From Eledone cirrhosa (lineage: Eukaryota), in NCBI GenBank assembly GCA_964016885.1, contig OZ024742.1, forward strand, positions 207,762,001 to 207,826,000: 64,000 nt of DNA, in the 5' to 3' direction. The translations under genes and the position numbers were made by a program. This document shows, piece after piece, positions 29,746-43,591 of the stretch (position 1 is its first letter; every line of letters starts with the position of its first letter). The notes below the pieces were generated by a model, which worked only from the letters and a program-made list of their open reading frames with translations, had not been told where the DNA came from and searched no databases.

Positions 29746-29848
29746 GTCCTGAAGTTTATTCCCACAGAAATCGACTTTTTATTATTTTTGCCTCAAGTCT
29801 AGGCAAAAATAATAAAAAATCGATTCCGGTGGGAATAAACTTCAGGAC
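29746..29848. repeat. Near-perfect palindrome with 48-bp arms and a 7-nt loop
   Basis: 29746-29793 versus 29801-29848 shows 3 mismatches by eye. Confidence 0.9.
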
Positions 29849-31233
29849 ACAAAATGCTAATGATTCGACACGCTGTATGTCTGTCAGATCATCAGCATTC
29901 AAAACGTGCATGGAGCTGTGTACCACTTGAAAAGGATATGAAGGCTGTCAAATCACACGAAGAAACAGAATGATACGCAATCGGTTTGTGAACGCCAGCA
30001 CTGCTGTCCTCTCAAAATACTAATGGTCTCTCATTTAGGCACAAGTCCAATGATTTAACCAACACCTATGCTTCACTGGTACTTTTCGTATTTCAACTCA
30101 GAACGTAAAGCGCCGTAATTATCTTAAATGCCGCAAAGGATTTTGTCCATCTCAAAATAGTAATGATATTAATAACAATAATAGCTAATATCGTTGTTAG
30201 AGAGTAGTAGGTGGTAGATTCGATAGTTGAGGTAGGAAAGTACTTTCTTGTAGTTTGTGACGTTAGTTTAAGCTTTGGAATCTAAATCCTGCTGTTTCCA
30301 TTTTTCTCTTTGCTAATTCATCAATAAAGAAACTACCAACAATATTCTGGGATGTATTAAGCAAAATATATCCATTCTACAATGTTGTCATCATAGGCGT
30401 ATGTTACAAAAATCATTAAGGGCGGCAATGTAGTATTTTGTTTCATGATTTACGTTCAAATTTCGAATTTTTAATTTGGCCGTGTTTGACTTTGCAATTA
30501 ATCTCTTCAGAATTGTTGAAACAGGTCATCATGGTGTTACTCGGCTCGTATAATCGACTATACTCCACCCCCCAAGATATGTAACCTTGTTTCGATGTGA
30601 GAAATCTTTAGCACTTTAGAAGGTAATACAGTGAAAAAACAACATAACATAAAATAAAGCAAAATAAAAGGGAATGAGGTCAGAATACCAGACTAAATAT
30701 CTTTCTCGTAGAGTCCATATCGAATTCCACTAGGCTTTTCTTTTATCATATATACTCAATAGATAATGTTGCTTTTAGTTGTAACTGTCCGTCTTGCTGT
30801 CATTAACAGTATGTCTGCATATTTAGACATGGTTTATCTAGGTCCTCGGTGGTCTAATGTGTTCCTTCTCCTTTTAAAAAAAGTGTGATTTAAAATACAT
30901 GTGTCTGCTCCTTTACCAAATCTATCAACTTCATGAATGCCCCTCTTCGGCCTGATCTATTCGGTGTACCTTAATTTTTGAATGCACTCCATTCTTTGTT
31001 TAAACCTAGATTAATTCTGGAAACAAACAAATAAATAAAGGAACAAACACTTTAGTTACTACCACCCACTGACCATGAACATCTCAAAATGACTTGCTAC
31101 TGGTAATAGATTTTGCTGCCGCAGTAATTACAAACTCATTACTTTCCACCATACAACGATTTTTTCTTATCTGAGCAAAAAAAAAGACTAGATAAAATAC
31201 AGCTAAAATAAAGACACATACATAGCCAGATAT

Positions 31234-31276
<43 letters not shown>

Positions 31277-31282
31277 CACACG

Positions 31283-31325
<43 letters not shown>

Positions 31326-32725
31326 ACGCACACACACACACACACACACACATACACACACGCACACGCGCACACACACACACACACATACATACACACA
31401 CACACACGCATATATATATATATAAAACAAGAAAACATTGAAAATACAAGCCCAAAATCAAAGAAACACATAATAATCATGTTCTCACTAAACTTCTAAC
31501 ATCACCACCAACACCAACAACACTAACACCACCAACAACACCAACAACAACACCAACACTAATACCACCGCCATAATCCCCACTTACAACACCGCCACTT
31601 CTACCAAAACCACTACCACCATTACCACAACGATCATCAATACTTACAGCAGTACCACCACCACAACCACCACCACCACCGCCAACAACAACAACAATAA
31701 CAACAACAACCCCTATCACATAATGTGTAATCCAGTACGATTTACATAAAAAAAAAACGTTTCCTCGAAGCCGCAGGGCGGTCACAGCAGTAGCAGCAAC
31801 AGTAACATTAGCGGCACCAGTGTCATATGGCTTTCTGAAAGGGAAAAATATATATAATAAGGACTAACGTATAAATTAGCTAGTTCTTTTAAATCCCATC
31901 ACTCTTTCTCACCACCACCACCAGCATCAACCCAACCACTACCCTCAACTCTATCATTACCACCCCCCAACGGTTTCCATATCTCATCAATCCCTACTGA
32001 ACATTTTTAACATATCAAAGAGAAACCAGATGTGGAACAGAAAAATAACATAAAGAAAAAAATGTGAAGTGTAATGCCCCAAAAAATTATACGAAAACAC
32101 ACAAAAGACAACTCCCAGTATATATGAATTTATTCAAAATTCTGTATCATTAAATAAAACTGTAATATAAAAAAAAACATCTGATATTTCTAACAAACGC
32201 AATGTAGAACTGAAGAAATATGTAAATATATCTTTCCATATAAGATACAATGCCAAAGATTCATTTGTAGGACGACCCAGCCAAATGCATTAGCTTCGTG
32301 ACTTGACTGATATGTATTTATGTATTTTACGGCACCTTAATGTATGTATATACCGCAAATATATATTTTCCTGTGTTCTACTGGTCCTGCTATTCACCAT
32401 CATATTTCGACTGCGGTAACATATGGTCACAATTTTCTTCCAACAATTGAAGCTTTCATAATCAGTTGTGGTTCCGTGGAATATTAACTCAGAGGGCAAA
32501 GCACCTGATCAGATGTCGCAAGCTATCAATTCTGACGCTTTAACAATTCTGCTACGATCGCTTCCTTTATTTTATCAACCGCGAATGGGTGAAGGGAAAA
32601 ATTAACCTCTGTGGGAAGCGAGTTGAATCGGAACAAATAATGTATGACATTATATGGGATGCTCAAGCATATATACTAACTCTGCACTCTCCTAGACACA
32701 TATCGAGAAGATTTATATTAAGGAA

Positions 32726-33787
32726 CTAGCAGTAAAGCCCGGCGTTGCTCGGGGTCGCTCAGTAGCTGTGTTAAAGTTACAATGTTAAGTTTCTTTTTTG
32801 GCTTAAAAACTGTAATGTCTACTGTGCAGACTTGCATGTGGTGTTTTTGATTAATATTCCCTCAACCAACAATATGCCTTATGAAGTTAAGAAAACATAA
32901 CGATAACCCGAATGTTATAACAAAAGAGGATGCTGGGGATAAAAACTGCACTGGTTATTTATTAACAAAGATCGAAAATGTAAACACTGCAACGCAGAGA
33001 AAAACATTAGCGTAACCAAATTATCAGTTATGTCTGTCTGCACGCCTATATCACCTCTCTGCACGACTGTCTGTCTGCACGCCTATATCACCTCTCTGCA
33101 CGACTGTCTGTCTGCACGCGTATATCACCTCTCTGCACGACTGTCTGTCTGCACGCGTATATCACCTCTCTGCACGACTATCTGTCTGCACGACTGTCTG
33201 TCTGCACGCCTAACGAAATTTACAGATACAGCCCGGCGTTGCTCGGGGTCGCTCAGTAGCTGTGTTAAAGTTACAATGTTAAGTTTCTTTTTTGGCTTAA
33301 AGTCTGTCTGCACGCCTAACGAAATTTACAGATACATATAATTTTTGCTTTTTTTAACGAAATATTTGCTTGTTTTTCGTAGTCTTTAAATAGACTTGTT
33401 TTCAAGTAAAAATATTGTTTTAAAATGCTTTTAAATGGAAATGAAGCAAAACGGAAGCTTAGTGTTCGAACTGATGAATTTTGCAGTGTGTTAATGTCAT
33501 TTTAAACGCTGAGAAAGCCAGCGTAATTTTTTTAATTTTTGCACGCAGACGCTCAATGTAAACAGAACAAAGGGAAATAACTGATCACTTACGCTCAAAA
33601 ATCGATACATTATATTCGATTTCGTCAGATAGGGCGGGTCAATTTGAAATATTTTTTTTCCGATGTCTTCGCTAGGGCTCAATGTACAAGTATAGCAATT
33701 TCGGTGCAATTCCGTGAGAGATTCTAAGAGGAGATGTGTGCCAAAAATCGATAGACAGACAGACAACCACAGTTTTATATATATAGA
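32726..33787 (-). mobile_element. Non-autonomous Helitron
   Basis: The minus strand starts TCTATATATATAAAA and ends CTAG, with a subterminal GC hairpin (cccgagcaacgccggg). It is inserted between A and T with no TSD. Confidence 0.8.
33031..33178. repeat. 37-bp minisatellite x4 inside the Helitron
   Basis: Unit tgtctgtctgcacgc(c/g)tatatcacctctctgcacgac. Confidence 0.92.
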
Positions 33788-35565
33788 TAATGTTATAAAC
33801 AAGTATCAGTAACTTACCCATATTTGTGTAAAAGTTTGCAGAAGTAGGAAAGGCGAAACATAGTCGACGAGGTTCGAATTTGGAATATATTATGATGCGA
33901 ATTATTTTTGTGATAAAAAAAAAGTGTTTCAATCATACTGTGTGGGACCATTTTGGAAATACTTTCTGCAATAAACAGGGGTATTGTTTCATGCATTCTG
34001 AGTTGAACTTTGTAGGCATAAAACATGACATTCTATCACATACATACATATATAATATATGTATGAATATATATATGTAAGTATGTTCATAGGGAGAAAA
34101 AGGATGGGTGAAAGATATATAGATTAAAAATCGACTCTGGAATCGACTCTGGGACTGGCACTCTATTTATCAACGTCGAAATGACGAAAATCAAACATTC
34201 TATCCGACGATCTCATATATAGGTTATCTCTCATATATTTCCGTGTAGAAAAAGAAAAAAACAAATGTCTTTCATATTTCTTTGAAATTTCGCTAAAGGA
34301 CTTTCAAACTGTAGTTTTACCTTCATGTGATTTTAAATTTTATACTAGAATTTCTCATAAAGACTGTTGTACAGAAATAGTCATTATAAATATGAATACA
34401 TGTGTGTGCGCGCGCGCGTTTGAGTGGCTAAATATATATAATATAATTTATAATACTATTCAAAATAATTGTAACCTAAGAAGAACAACAAAGTCAAAGA
34501 GAGTGACAGCAGTTGCTTACCCACTGCCATATACAATTTAAGCTAAGAAACCTCCTTCACTGCCACTTATTTCTGCTGCTTTAATCATTGGTTTAATTAC
34601 TGCCGATTTAGTATCAAGTTACTAATGGTATAGTTGTGTCAATTCACAGAACTGGCATAAATCAAGGAGTCCAACGCCCTCTGATACCAAACCAACAACG
34701 CCGCCACCGCCGCCATCAGCACTAATACCAATATCACAACCATAACATTTACCTCCTGTTATACTTCACTATGCCCAAACTCACTACGCACTACACTTTA
34801 CACAAACATGAACAATATATCTTATGACCTACACTGACTTACACAAATTATTCAAACCCACATTGCCTGGCAAACTAAACGATGCACCAAAGTTCGTTCA
34901 CCCTCCCTCTAACCCGAAATACTGCTCTACATGTGCAACACGGTTTGCTTAATTTAACCCCACAAAGGGAAATAAATTGAGAAAAAAATATGAAAAGAAA
35001 AATCGTGCAATTACACACCCAGAGGCAGGTACAGATACACTCACACTATCACCCTTTCATAGCTACACCATATATATATATAAGCTATACGTATATACAA
35101 AGAGCATTCGATGATTGCTTGCGTTTGATCTATCTATCTATCTATCTTTATATAGATATATATATATATATATGTGTGTAAATATGAGAATAAACGTGCT
35201 GCGTGGTTGCAAATGGGCTACGTATGAATAAAGTTGGTCCTTCATCGGTATTTCTTCGCTTTAAAGACCATATACATCTGGTTGGTGCGAGCAACGACTA
35301 AAGAAAGTCGTTGGGACATGTAAATAAAGGGAACAGCGAGAGTGTAAACAAACAAAGATGGTAAAGCAACGAAAAGTGAGGAAGAGCGAGTCAAGTCCAA
35401 AAATTTCCATGAATATAAGTTCGGTGAAATCGTGAACGAGAGAGAATAAAGACCATCAAACCTGGTTGAAATGTGAGCAAGGAAGGAATTCCGCACAGGT
35501 CAAACGGGAGGAAGAAGGAGTCCAGTCTGTGAATTCGGTGAACATAAGTTCTGTGAAATCGTAGA

Positions 35566-35606
<41 letters not shown>

Positions 35607-35864
35607 ACATAAACAGAGAAAGCCTTAAGCGATACTCCGACCAACTCCATCTCACTCAACAAACATTAGGACATACCTCAGTATTATCCCAATTTAGTGT
35701 TTGGGGTGCTAACTAATCAGTATTGCGTGGATAGCTGGTTGTATTATTTTATATGAGACATTATTAAATAAATATCTCTTTCCTTCCAGACGGCCGTTTC
35801 GTTATAAGATTTCTACAATTTGGGATAAATAATTTCCAGGTTATGTATATATATATATATGTGT

Positions 35865-35897
<33 letters not shown>

Positions 35898-36826
35898 ATG
35901 TGTGTGTGTGTGTAGTGTATATGTGTGTAGTGTAAGTTTATGTATAATATGTGTGTTTTTTGTGGAGCAAAGGGTTCCTAGTATTCATTAAGATATCTCT
36001 CTAGGAGAAGGTCACTCTGATATAAAATCTGCGACTTCGTTTGTATCCAATGATGTAGTCCATTTCTTCTTTTGGGGTAAATGCATTCAATGTTCAGAGA
36101 GTGGGATTGGCTCCGTGAAAAGCATTTCCTCATTTTAAAAAAGCTTCAAGCACAGGCATCGTTTTATATGTAACTTTTTTGACGCTACATGGCATGGCTG
36201 GCCATAGGCAAGTACCTAGCAGGACTAAAAATCCACGTCTGTGAAGCTCTTGCTTAATTATTTAGCGATGGCTTTACTCGAAAACGAAGATTTACCTAAT
36301 GTGGGTGGCAAAAAGCTATCTTAACGAAAGAAGGAAGGAGAAAAATAAAAACGGAGAAAGAATGTGTCAAAATCTAGAAGTACTCTAGATTTAGCATCAC
36401 AAAAGCACCAACATTATGACTGATATACAGAAAGGAAAATAAATTTATGCCCAATGCCAACATTTTTTAATTCAATTCTAACGTGATAATATTTAAAATA
36501 CAAATAGTCTGGATTTATAAAAAAATCAGAGCGGCATAATTTTCAGTGTATAGACTTGTATCCACATACATGAATAGATATTCAACAGTCTGCATGTGTA
36601 TGGATGCATACACACACACGCACACACAGACACACACAGACACACGTGCGCTCGCACCCCACGCACATACACACACACACAAACATTCAATCTCACACTC
36701 ACACACACGCATATATATATATATACATATACATATACAGATGTATGTTTTTGTCAAACATGAACACATTTATATAATTAGATATATAAATTCACACACA
36801 AATATATGCGTATGTGTGTGTATATA

Positions 36827-38125
36827 CAGAGTGCGGACGATATGTGTTCGCAATTTTCAACTGCTAATTTTATGCAATTTCTTTTTACTTCCATTGTCAC
36901 ACTTGTCTTCATAAAAACAGTGACTATATTTCCATTATTTAATTTCAGAATAATTGATTATGAATAATTTTGAACTTCCAAATTTGTGGAAGAGACACGG
37001 AGTTCTTCTTGGAATCCGCGCCGGGAGGACAAATAAGGAAATTTCAGACTTTCTCAGCGTCAGCAGGATAATGGTGGAAAAGGCCAGAAAGGAATTGGAA
37101 GATTCAGGATTCGACTACGAGGCAACTTCAGAGAGGAAAACACATGATCGACGATCTGACGCCTTCAGAACGCCCGAGTTCGTCGCTGAAGTTCAGGATA
37201 TCATCAACAATGAAACTAGCAAGTCGATGCGTGCCATTACAAGGGAGAAAGGCGTGGATGAAAAGTTCATTAGGCTGGTGGTACATGAAGACATTCGCTA
37301 CGTTTCATACAAGATGAGGAAAGGACAATTTCTGTCAAAGGTGATGCAAGAAAAGCAACTGTAGCACGCAAAGAAGCTGATCAACAAGTTGAAACACCCA
37401 CTGGAGCCAGACATGCTGTGGTTTTTCTCCGACGAGAAAAACTTCTGTCAAGAGCAGAAGATCAACTCCCAGAACAACAGGTGGCTCACTGTCTCATCCA
37501 AAGACGTGCCCAGAGTCATGCAGACAAAGTTTCCAGCAACAACATTGGTCTTAAGTGTCGTCAGCAGTCAAGGTGACGTCGTGGCACCTCACTTCTTCCC
37601 TGAGGGCCTCAAGCTGAACACCGATGACTACATCCGCGTTCTGAGTGAGGTACTAAAGCCCTGGATTGTCCAGGTAGCTGCAGGTAGACAACAAGACTCA
37701 GCGCCCTGCCATACCAGCCGAAAGACCCAAGCCTGGCTGTCAAAGAAATTCGTCGACCACACTTCACCTGACATCTGGCCTCCCAGATCGCCTAACTGCA
37801 ACCCCCTCGACTTCTTTGTGTGGTGCGCAGTGGAACGAGACACCAACAGATCTAGCCGTAATACGAAAGACGATCTGAAAGCCAGGATCACAAGTGCCTT
37901 CAGGGGCCTAAGTCGGGGGACAGTGACGAAGGCCTGTAGCCGGTTCCGAGGCCGCCTTGAGGCCGTTATCAAAGCCAATGGCGGGTTTATCGAGTGAGAT
38001 CGAATAAACAAGTCACGAAGACAAACTTTCCCAAGTTTGATAAATAAATCTTTAAAAATAAAACTACTATTGTGTTATCCTTTCCTAGACAGTAATCTAA
38101 CGAACAAATATCGTCCGCATCCCCG
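36827..38125 (+). mobile_element. Tc1/mariner superfamily DD37D (maT-type) transposon, full length ~1.3 kb
   Basis: TIRs of ~24 bp (cagagtgcggacgatatgtgttcg / cgaacaaatatcgtccgcatccccg) are flanked by TA, with an internal transposase. Confidence 0.92.
36960..37997 (+). pseudogene. DD37D transposase with one in-frame stop
   Basis: HTH-like N-terminus, then FSDEKNF, QQDSAPCH and WPPRSPNCNPLD, with 37 residues between the 2nd and 3rd D. The two ORFs are in the same frame, split by TAG at 37362-37364. Confidence 0.9.
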
Positions 38126-38460
38126 TATATAAGTTTGTTTATCTGTATACTCAAAATTCGCTTCTTAAATCCTGGGAAGTACATAATAGAATAATTAAGA
38201 TATATTAGACTTTGAAATGGAAGATATACAACTAGTTAATTAAAACTAATGTATGCGGAAGAACCTATTAAAAAGATTCGTTGAGTGTTAATCTCCACGT
38301 TTTGTTACATTTAATGTATAAATACGAAATGATAATTAAGACTCGTAATGGAAAATGTACTGTTCAATCTCTTTATTGACATCATGACAATATATTGCTA
38401 GTTTTCCACGTTCATTTTTCGTTTTTATTATTTAGCTAATAATATGTAACTCTAATATAA

Positions 38461-38850
38461 TTGTTTCTACTTTAGGCAGAAGGCCAGCATTTATTCCAGT
38501 GTATTACTGGTACTTTATTTTATCGACCCCGTAAGGATGAAAGGCAAAGTTAATCTCGGCGGATTTGAACTTAGTCCGTAAAGGGACGTAACTGTGCTGC
38601 AAAGCATGGCGTGTGACCCTCTACCGATACTGCCAATCCACCGCACTTAATGTAACTCCTATATAATTGTTTCTACTTTAGGCAGAAGGCCAGCAATTAT
38701 CCCAATGTATTACTGGTACTTTAGTTTATTGACCCCATAAGGTTGAAAGGCAAAGTTGACCTCGACGGGATTTGAACTAAGACCGTAAAGGGACGTAACT
38801 ATGCAAGGAAGCATGGCGTCCGACCCTCTACCGATACTGTCAATTCACCG
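38461..38850 (-). mobile_element. Two head-to-tail SINE copies
   Basis: Copies at 38461-38646 and 38669-38850. The duplicated flank atgtaactc(c)ta(a)tataat lies on both sides of the first copy. Confidence 0.9.
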
Positions 38851-39220
38851 AATGAATTCTAACTAGTGAACATAGATTTTCTGGTCTTCAGTATCTTTTC
38901 TAATATACTTCATCTCTCACATTTTAAAATATGCCTCTAGCTAGTTAGTAGATAATCATTTGATAGATATCTGGTTATTATTTTAGCAGATCAATATACT
39001 GTGCAATATATTCTTCATTGGTTCATCACGATTGTTTCTTTCGACTAACTATTACTTTATTCTTGTAGAGTCGCATTATTGCACAGCTCAATATTTCTAC
39101 CGTTCTTCGCCAGTTTTTTTTTTTCTTATAGAAGAGTGTGGGTTTAGTGTCGCCGACCAAACCATATGATAGTATGTACTTGATTGTATGTCACCAGCAG
39201 CACTTAAGAACAACCTAACC

Positions 39221-39224
<4 letters not shown>

Positions 39225-39318
<94 letters not shown>
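39225..39318. repeat. (TA)n microsatellite
   Basis: Direct inspection. Confidence 0.97.
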
Positions 39319-39319
<1 letters not shown>

Positions 39320-39610
39320 TTTGCTAAAAATCCGTAGATGAAAAATCAAGGAAGACAACAGAGCTCGAAGAGAGCTTATTTAGTGTAAACAAAGTTTGAT
39401 ACACTTAACATGTATGTCGTACCATTACTGTATAATGGAAGAGGCACTTTTAAACTAGCGCTGTCTGAATGAAGGGACAATTCAAAAGTTCCTCCTCCAT
39501 TATAAAATGGTGCCCATGACTGGACCCCGAAATCATTAGTAGAATATATATTAAGTATATGAAACATTGTTTACACTATATATATATATATATATATATA
39601 TAGTAATAAT

Positions 39611-39689
39611 TGTTTCTACGTTAGGCACAAGGCCAGCAATTACCCACTGCATTACTGGTACTTTATTTTATCGACCCCGTAAGGATGAA
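39611..39689 (-). mobile_element. 5'-truncated SINE with 11-bp TSD
   Basis: The 3' 79 nt of the SINE is flanked by atagtaataat at 39600-39610 and 39690-39700. Confidence 0.85.
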
Positions 39690-41390
39690 ATAGTAATAAT
39701 AATACATTTGAAGACTAAAATCCAAAGAGGGCTCGATAAGGATAAATATATATCAAATATATAAGAAGCGTTGAGGGTGAAAGCAGCGATTTTTGGCTTA
39801 AACTTTAATCTGTTATTTTAATAAATATTTGCTCTACGGTTCTTATATATTTGATATATATTTATCCTTATCGAGCCCTCTTTGGATTTTGTTCTTCAAA
39901 TTTATTATTATTACTATTTGGTTCCCTCGGTTGAGCACGCTATTCAACATGCAAAAACAACATCTGAATATTTATACAAAGAACATACCCGTACCAAGCA
40001 GGAAAACATACCTAAAACTCCTGATGCAGAAAACGTTCATGAAAAGGTTGCGTTGGCGTGCCTTTTATTTCGATAATCAGGGAAAAGCGGACAAGAAACA
40101 GGATAAATTTGGGTTTAAAACCTACAATAACCCCCCGAGTAACCCAGCATTGCTACCCTTCGAAAATTATGTCTTGGAACTCATACGGGGTATCACATTT
40201 CGGAATAGGAGCAATTCCTTCCAGCAGAAGCGGAAGAATAGAATTTGTTCTATCAAGGATTCTAATGCCATGCACGTCCACTCCAACAAAACTGGCAATC
40301 TATATCAAGTGGAGCGCAGTACTGACCATCAACTGCAACATAATGCTGTAACTAAGGATTACCGTAAAACTAATCGGAGCGTCATTAATGACATCAACGA
40401 TGCTGGGTTTAAAATCACCTCTAATCTCAACATCCTGGACCGGACTGAATCTCTGGACCCTATTTCTCTCCACTTTACATTGAAGGATCACAAATCTAAT
40501 TTCCCGAACAATCCCTCTATTCGGCTTATTAACCCTACGAAGTCCGATTTAGGTAGACTTAGTAAAATGATTTTAGATAGAATTATACCTGAAATTAGAA
40601 GTTTGGCCCCTCTTGCACAATAGAACAATTCTTTCGCGGTGATTGATTGGTTCAATAGCATATGCAACAAGGAACATTGCCGTTGTATCCAATTCGACAT
40701 CAATAATTACTACTCATCCATCACTTTACGACTTCTTTTTAGTGTTATGAACTTCGCTAAAACACTCACAGTGGTTAAGGATTTCGAAGCTGATGTCATC
40801 CCCAATGCCCGTAAGTCGGTGATTAATTTCGACGACTCTATTTGGATTAAAAAAATCTAATAGTAATCCTTTCAACTTGAGTATGGGCGCCAGAGATTCT
40901 GCGGAGGCTATTGATCTTATCGGCCTTTTCTTTCTTTTCTCTACCAAAGAAGAATTCCCCAAAACGTGGGCGATGATTTGTACCGTGATGACGGTCTTTG
41001 GCCATGACAAAGTGCGGCACACGTGCTTGTGACAGGTTCAGAAAAGAATTCACAACCTTCTTTAAAGGCTTCAACCTCTCCATACAGGTTGAAGCCAACC
41101 TCTCGGTCGTTAATTACCTCGACGTTACCCTCAATTTGTCGAATGGCTTGTACTACCCGTATAAAAAGCCGAAAGATACGCTTAATTACATAAGTAAGCA
41201 TTCTAACCATCCTGTAACCATAATCAAGAACCTTGTAACAAACGTTTCTTTGAGGCTTTCCCGTCTATCTACAAACGACCATATTTTCACCGACCATTCC
41301 ATATATTGCAATGGAACTCTTGCTCGGAGTGGATTTGTCGATAAGTTAGCATATACAGAGTATGAGAATAGACCTAGGAAAAATAGATTC
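39690..41390 (+). mobile_element. Naiad-type Penelope-like element, 5' half (same family as 11117-14444) including the ORF start
   Basis: Inverted pLTR segment at 39690-39767 / 39840-39917. The ATG at ~39949 starts MQKQHLNIYTKNIPVPS..MKRLRWRAFYF. RT motifs are highly similar to the minus copy, with stops and frameshifts. It breaks off into (CA)n. Confidence 0.9.
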
Positions 41391-41446
41391 CATACATACA
41401 TACATACACGCACGCACACGCACACACACACGCACACACAGACACA

Positions 41447-41535
<89 letters not shown>

Positions 41536-41769
41536 GTATATATATATGTATATACACACACAGGCCTGCATTAGTGTTTGATGAGGTTGAGAACGTGGTC
41601 AGCTTTTAGCCAGAGGTGTGGTAATTAATCTCCCTAGGTAATAAAATCTGGAGACAGCATTTTCTCCTTACCAAAAATTAAAAAAAAAATATATATATGC
41701 ATGTATATATATAAATGTATAAATGCATAGCTATATACATACGTAAATGTATGTATGTATATATGTATG

Positions 41770-41852
<83 letters not shown>

Positions 41853-41866
41853 ATATGTATATCTAC

Positions 41867-41922
<56 letters not shown>

Positions 41923-41940
41923 CTACACACACACAGACAC

Positions 41941-41970
<30 letters not shown>
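41391..41970. repeat. Compound (CA)n/(TA)n microsatellite field
   Basis: Direct inspection. Confidence 0.9.
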
Positions 41971-41971
<1 letters not shown>

Positions 41972-42195
41972 GCCAAAGATTAATATGGATCATTGATTAC
42001 TCAATGAATACAGTTTAAAATAGATTGAAAGCACTCAATAGTGAAATATTCCTGGAGTTTGAATATTATTCAAAATATTAACAAATGAAGATATTCACAT
42101 AATCAAAATATATGCTTTATTATATATATTTCGAAGGTACTGCCAATACTGGAATTGAAATATCAACACCGTAGAGGTATGTCATATATCAAATC

Positions 42196-42270
42196 ATATA
42201 TTTTATCTGACGAGGACGTACTGAAAAAAACCCAACACAGTACCTTCGAAATATATATAATACAGCATAT
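42196..42270 (+). ncRNA. Type I hammerhead ribozyme in a solo pLTR-like cassette
   Basis: uuuuau-CUGACGA-ggacguacug[14 nt]caguaccuuc-GAAA-uauaua-UA-auacag. Stem II pairs 9/10 and the minimal stem III is palindromic. The inverted copy upstream preserves the better-pairing stem I base (auaaag). Confidence 0.75.
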
Positions 42271-43247
42271 ATTTTGAGTATGTGAATATCTTCATTTGTT
42301 AATATTTTGAATTATATATATATATATATAATCTACATACATACATTTACGTATGTGTATAGCTATGCATTTATACATTTGTATATATACATGCATTTAT
42401 AATTAAGTGTGTAAGAAAAAATATATATATGTGTGTGTTTATAATGTAGTCAAGCTATTTAAACGTATGTTATTACTCTGAGCACCTACCCTTATTGAGT
42501 GCTTTGCTAACACATTCATATTGTAGGTCGACTTTGCTTGCCCACAGCCAAATATTCGATTTAACTATGCCTCAACTCTTATATATATATATTAAAAATT
42601 AGAATTAGTTATCTGAAATAGCCATATATATATGAATGTATATATAGTGCATTTTGCAATACACTTTATGCTTAATTAAAAGCATTTTGAAGACCTTATG
42701 CTATTGTATTGACAGACTGACTTACTTTAATTTCAGCAAACAGGGGGAGATAAAGCTGACAAGGCCTTGTTTCTGCATTTAATGATGCTTATCAAAGCCA
42801 AATAAACACACATGTTTGCAAGTGTGTTTATTTTTCCTTTCCTTCTTCCTTTTCCAGCCTCACTTTCATATAGATTATATTTTTGTTTTTAAAATCCAAT
42901 ACCAATAAATACACCAGGATTTTTTCATTCTGATGATTGAAAGCAACATTTGTTTGCTTTTAAGAAACCACTGGTAAATGAAATAATTGCCTTATGTTGT
43001 TTACTACATAACAATTAAGCTCTGTTACTTACAATAGAGCACTCTTTTTTCCTGGACTTTTCCGACGGAATTACTTCATATACATATATATTATACACAC
43101 ACACACACATATATATTTTCTTTTTTCAGTCTGGTCTACCATGTTTGAGCGCGTTGCTGGAGATAGACAGATAGACGTTTACCAAACACACACACACACA
43201 CAGTTCTTATTCTCTCTGTCCCCCCTCTTCCTCTCTTAATTTATATA

Positions 43248-43305
<58 letters not shown>

Positions 43306-43487
43306 GTTGTTGAAAAGAGCAGTGGCCTTTGACCTGGCAATAAAAATTGGAGTCAAAATTCTTTCTGTACCAAAACCAAAGCACACACAAACTTGTCTGT
43401 GTGTGCTTTGTGTGTGTGCGCGCCCATTTATGTGTGTGTGTATGTATGAGTGTGTGTGTGTGTGTGTGTGTATGTGTGTGTGTGTGT

Positions 43488-43591
<104 letters not shown>

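Noticed and set aside
32290-32499. IFHGT resembling the PARP catalytic motif
   Set aside because: Five-residue match only, and the downstream PARP motifs are absent.
35789-35800. GAAACGGCCGTC (minus strand), a typical PLE hammerhead 3' half
   Set aside because: No CUGANGA upstream before the microsatellite, so it is only a fragment.
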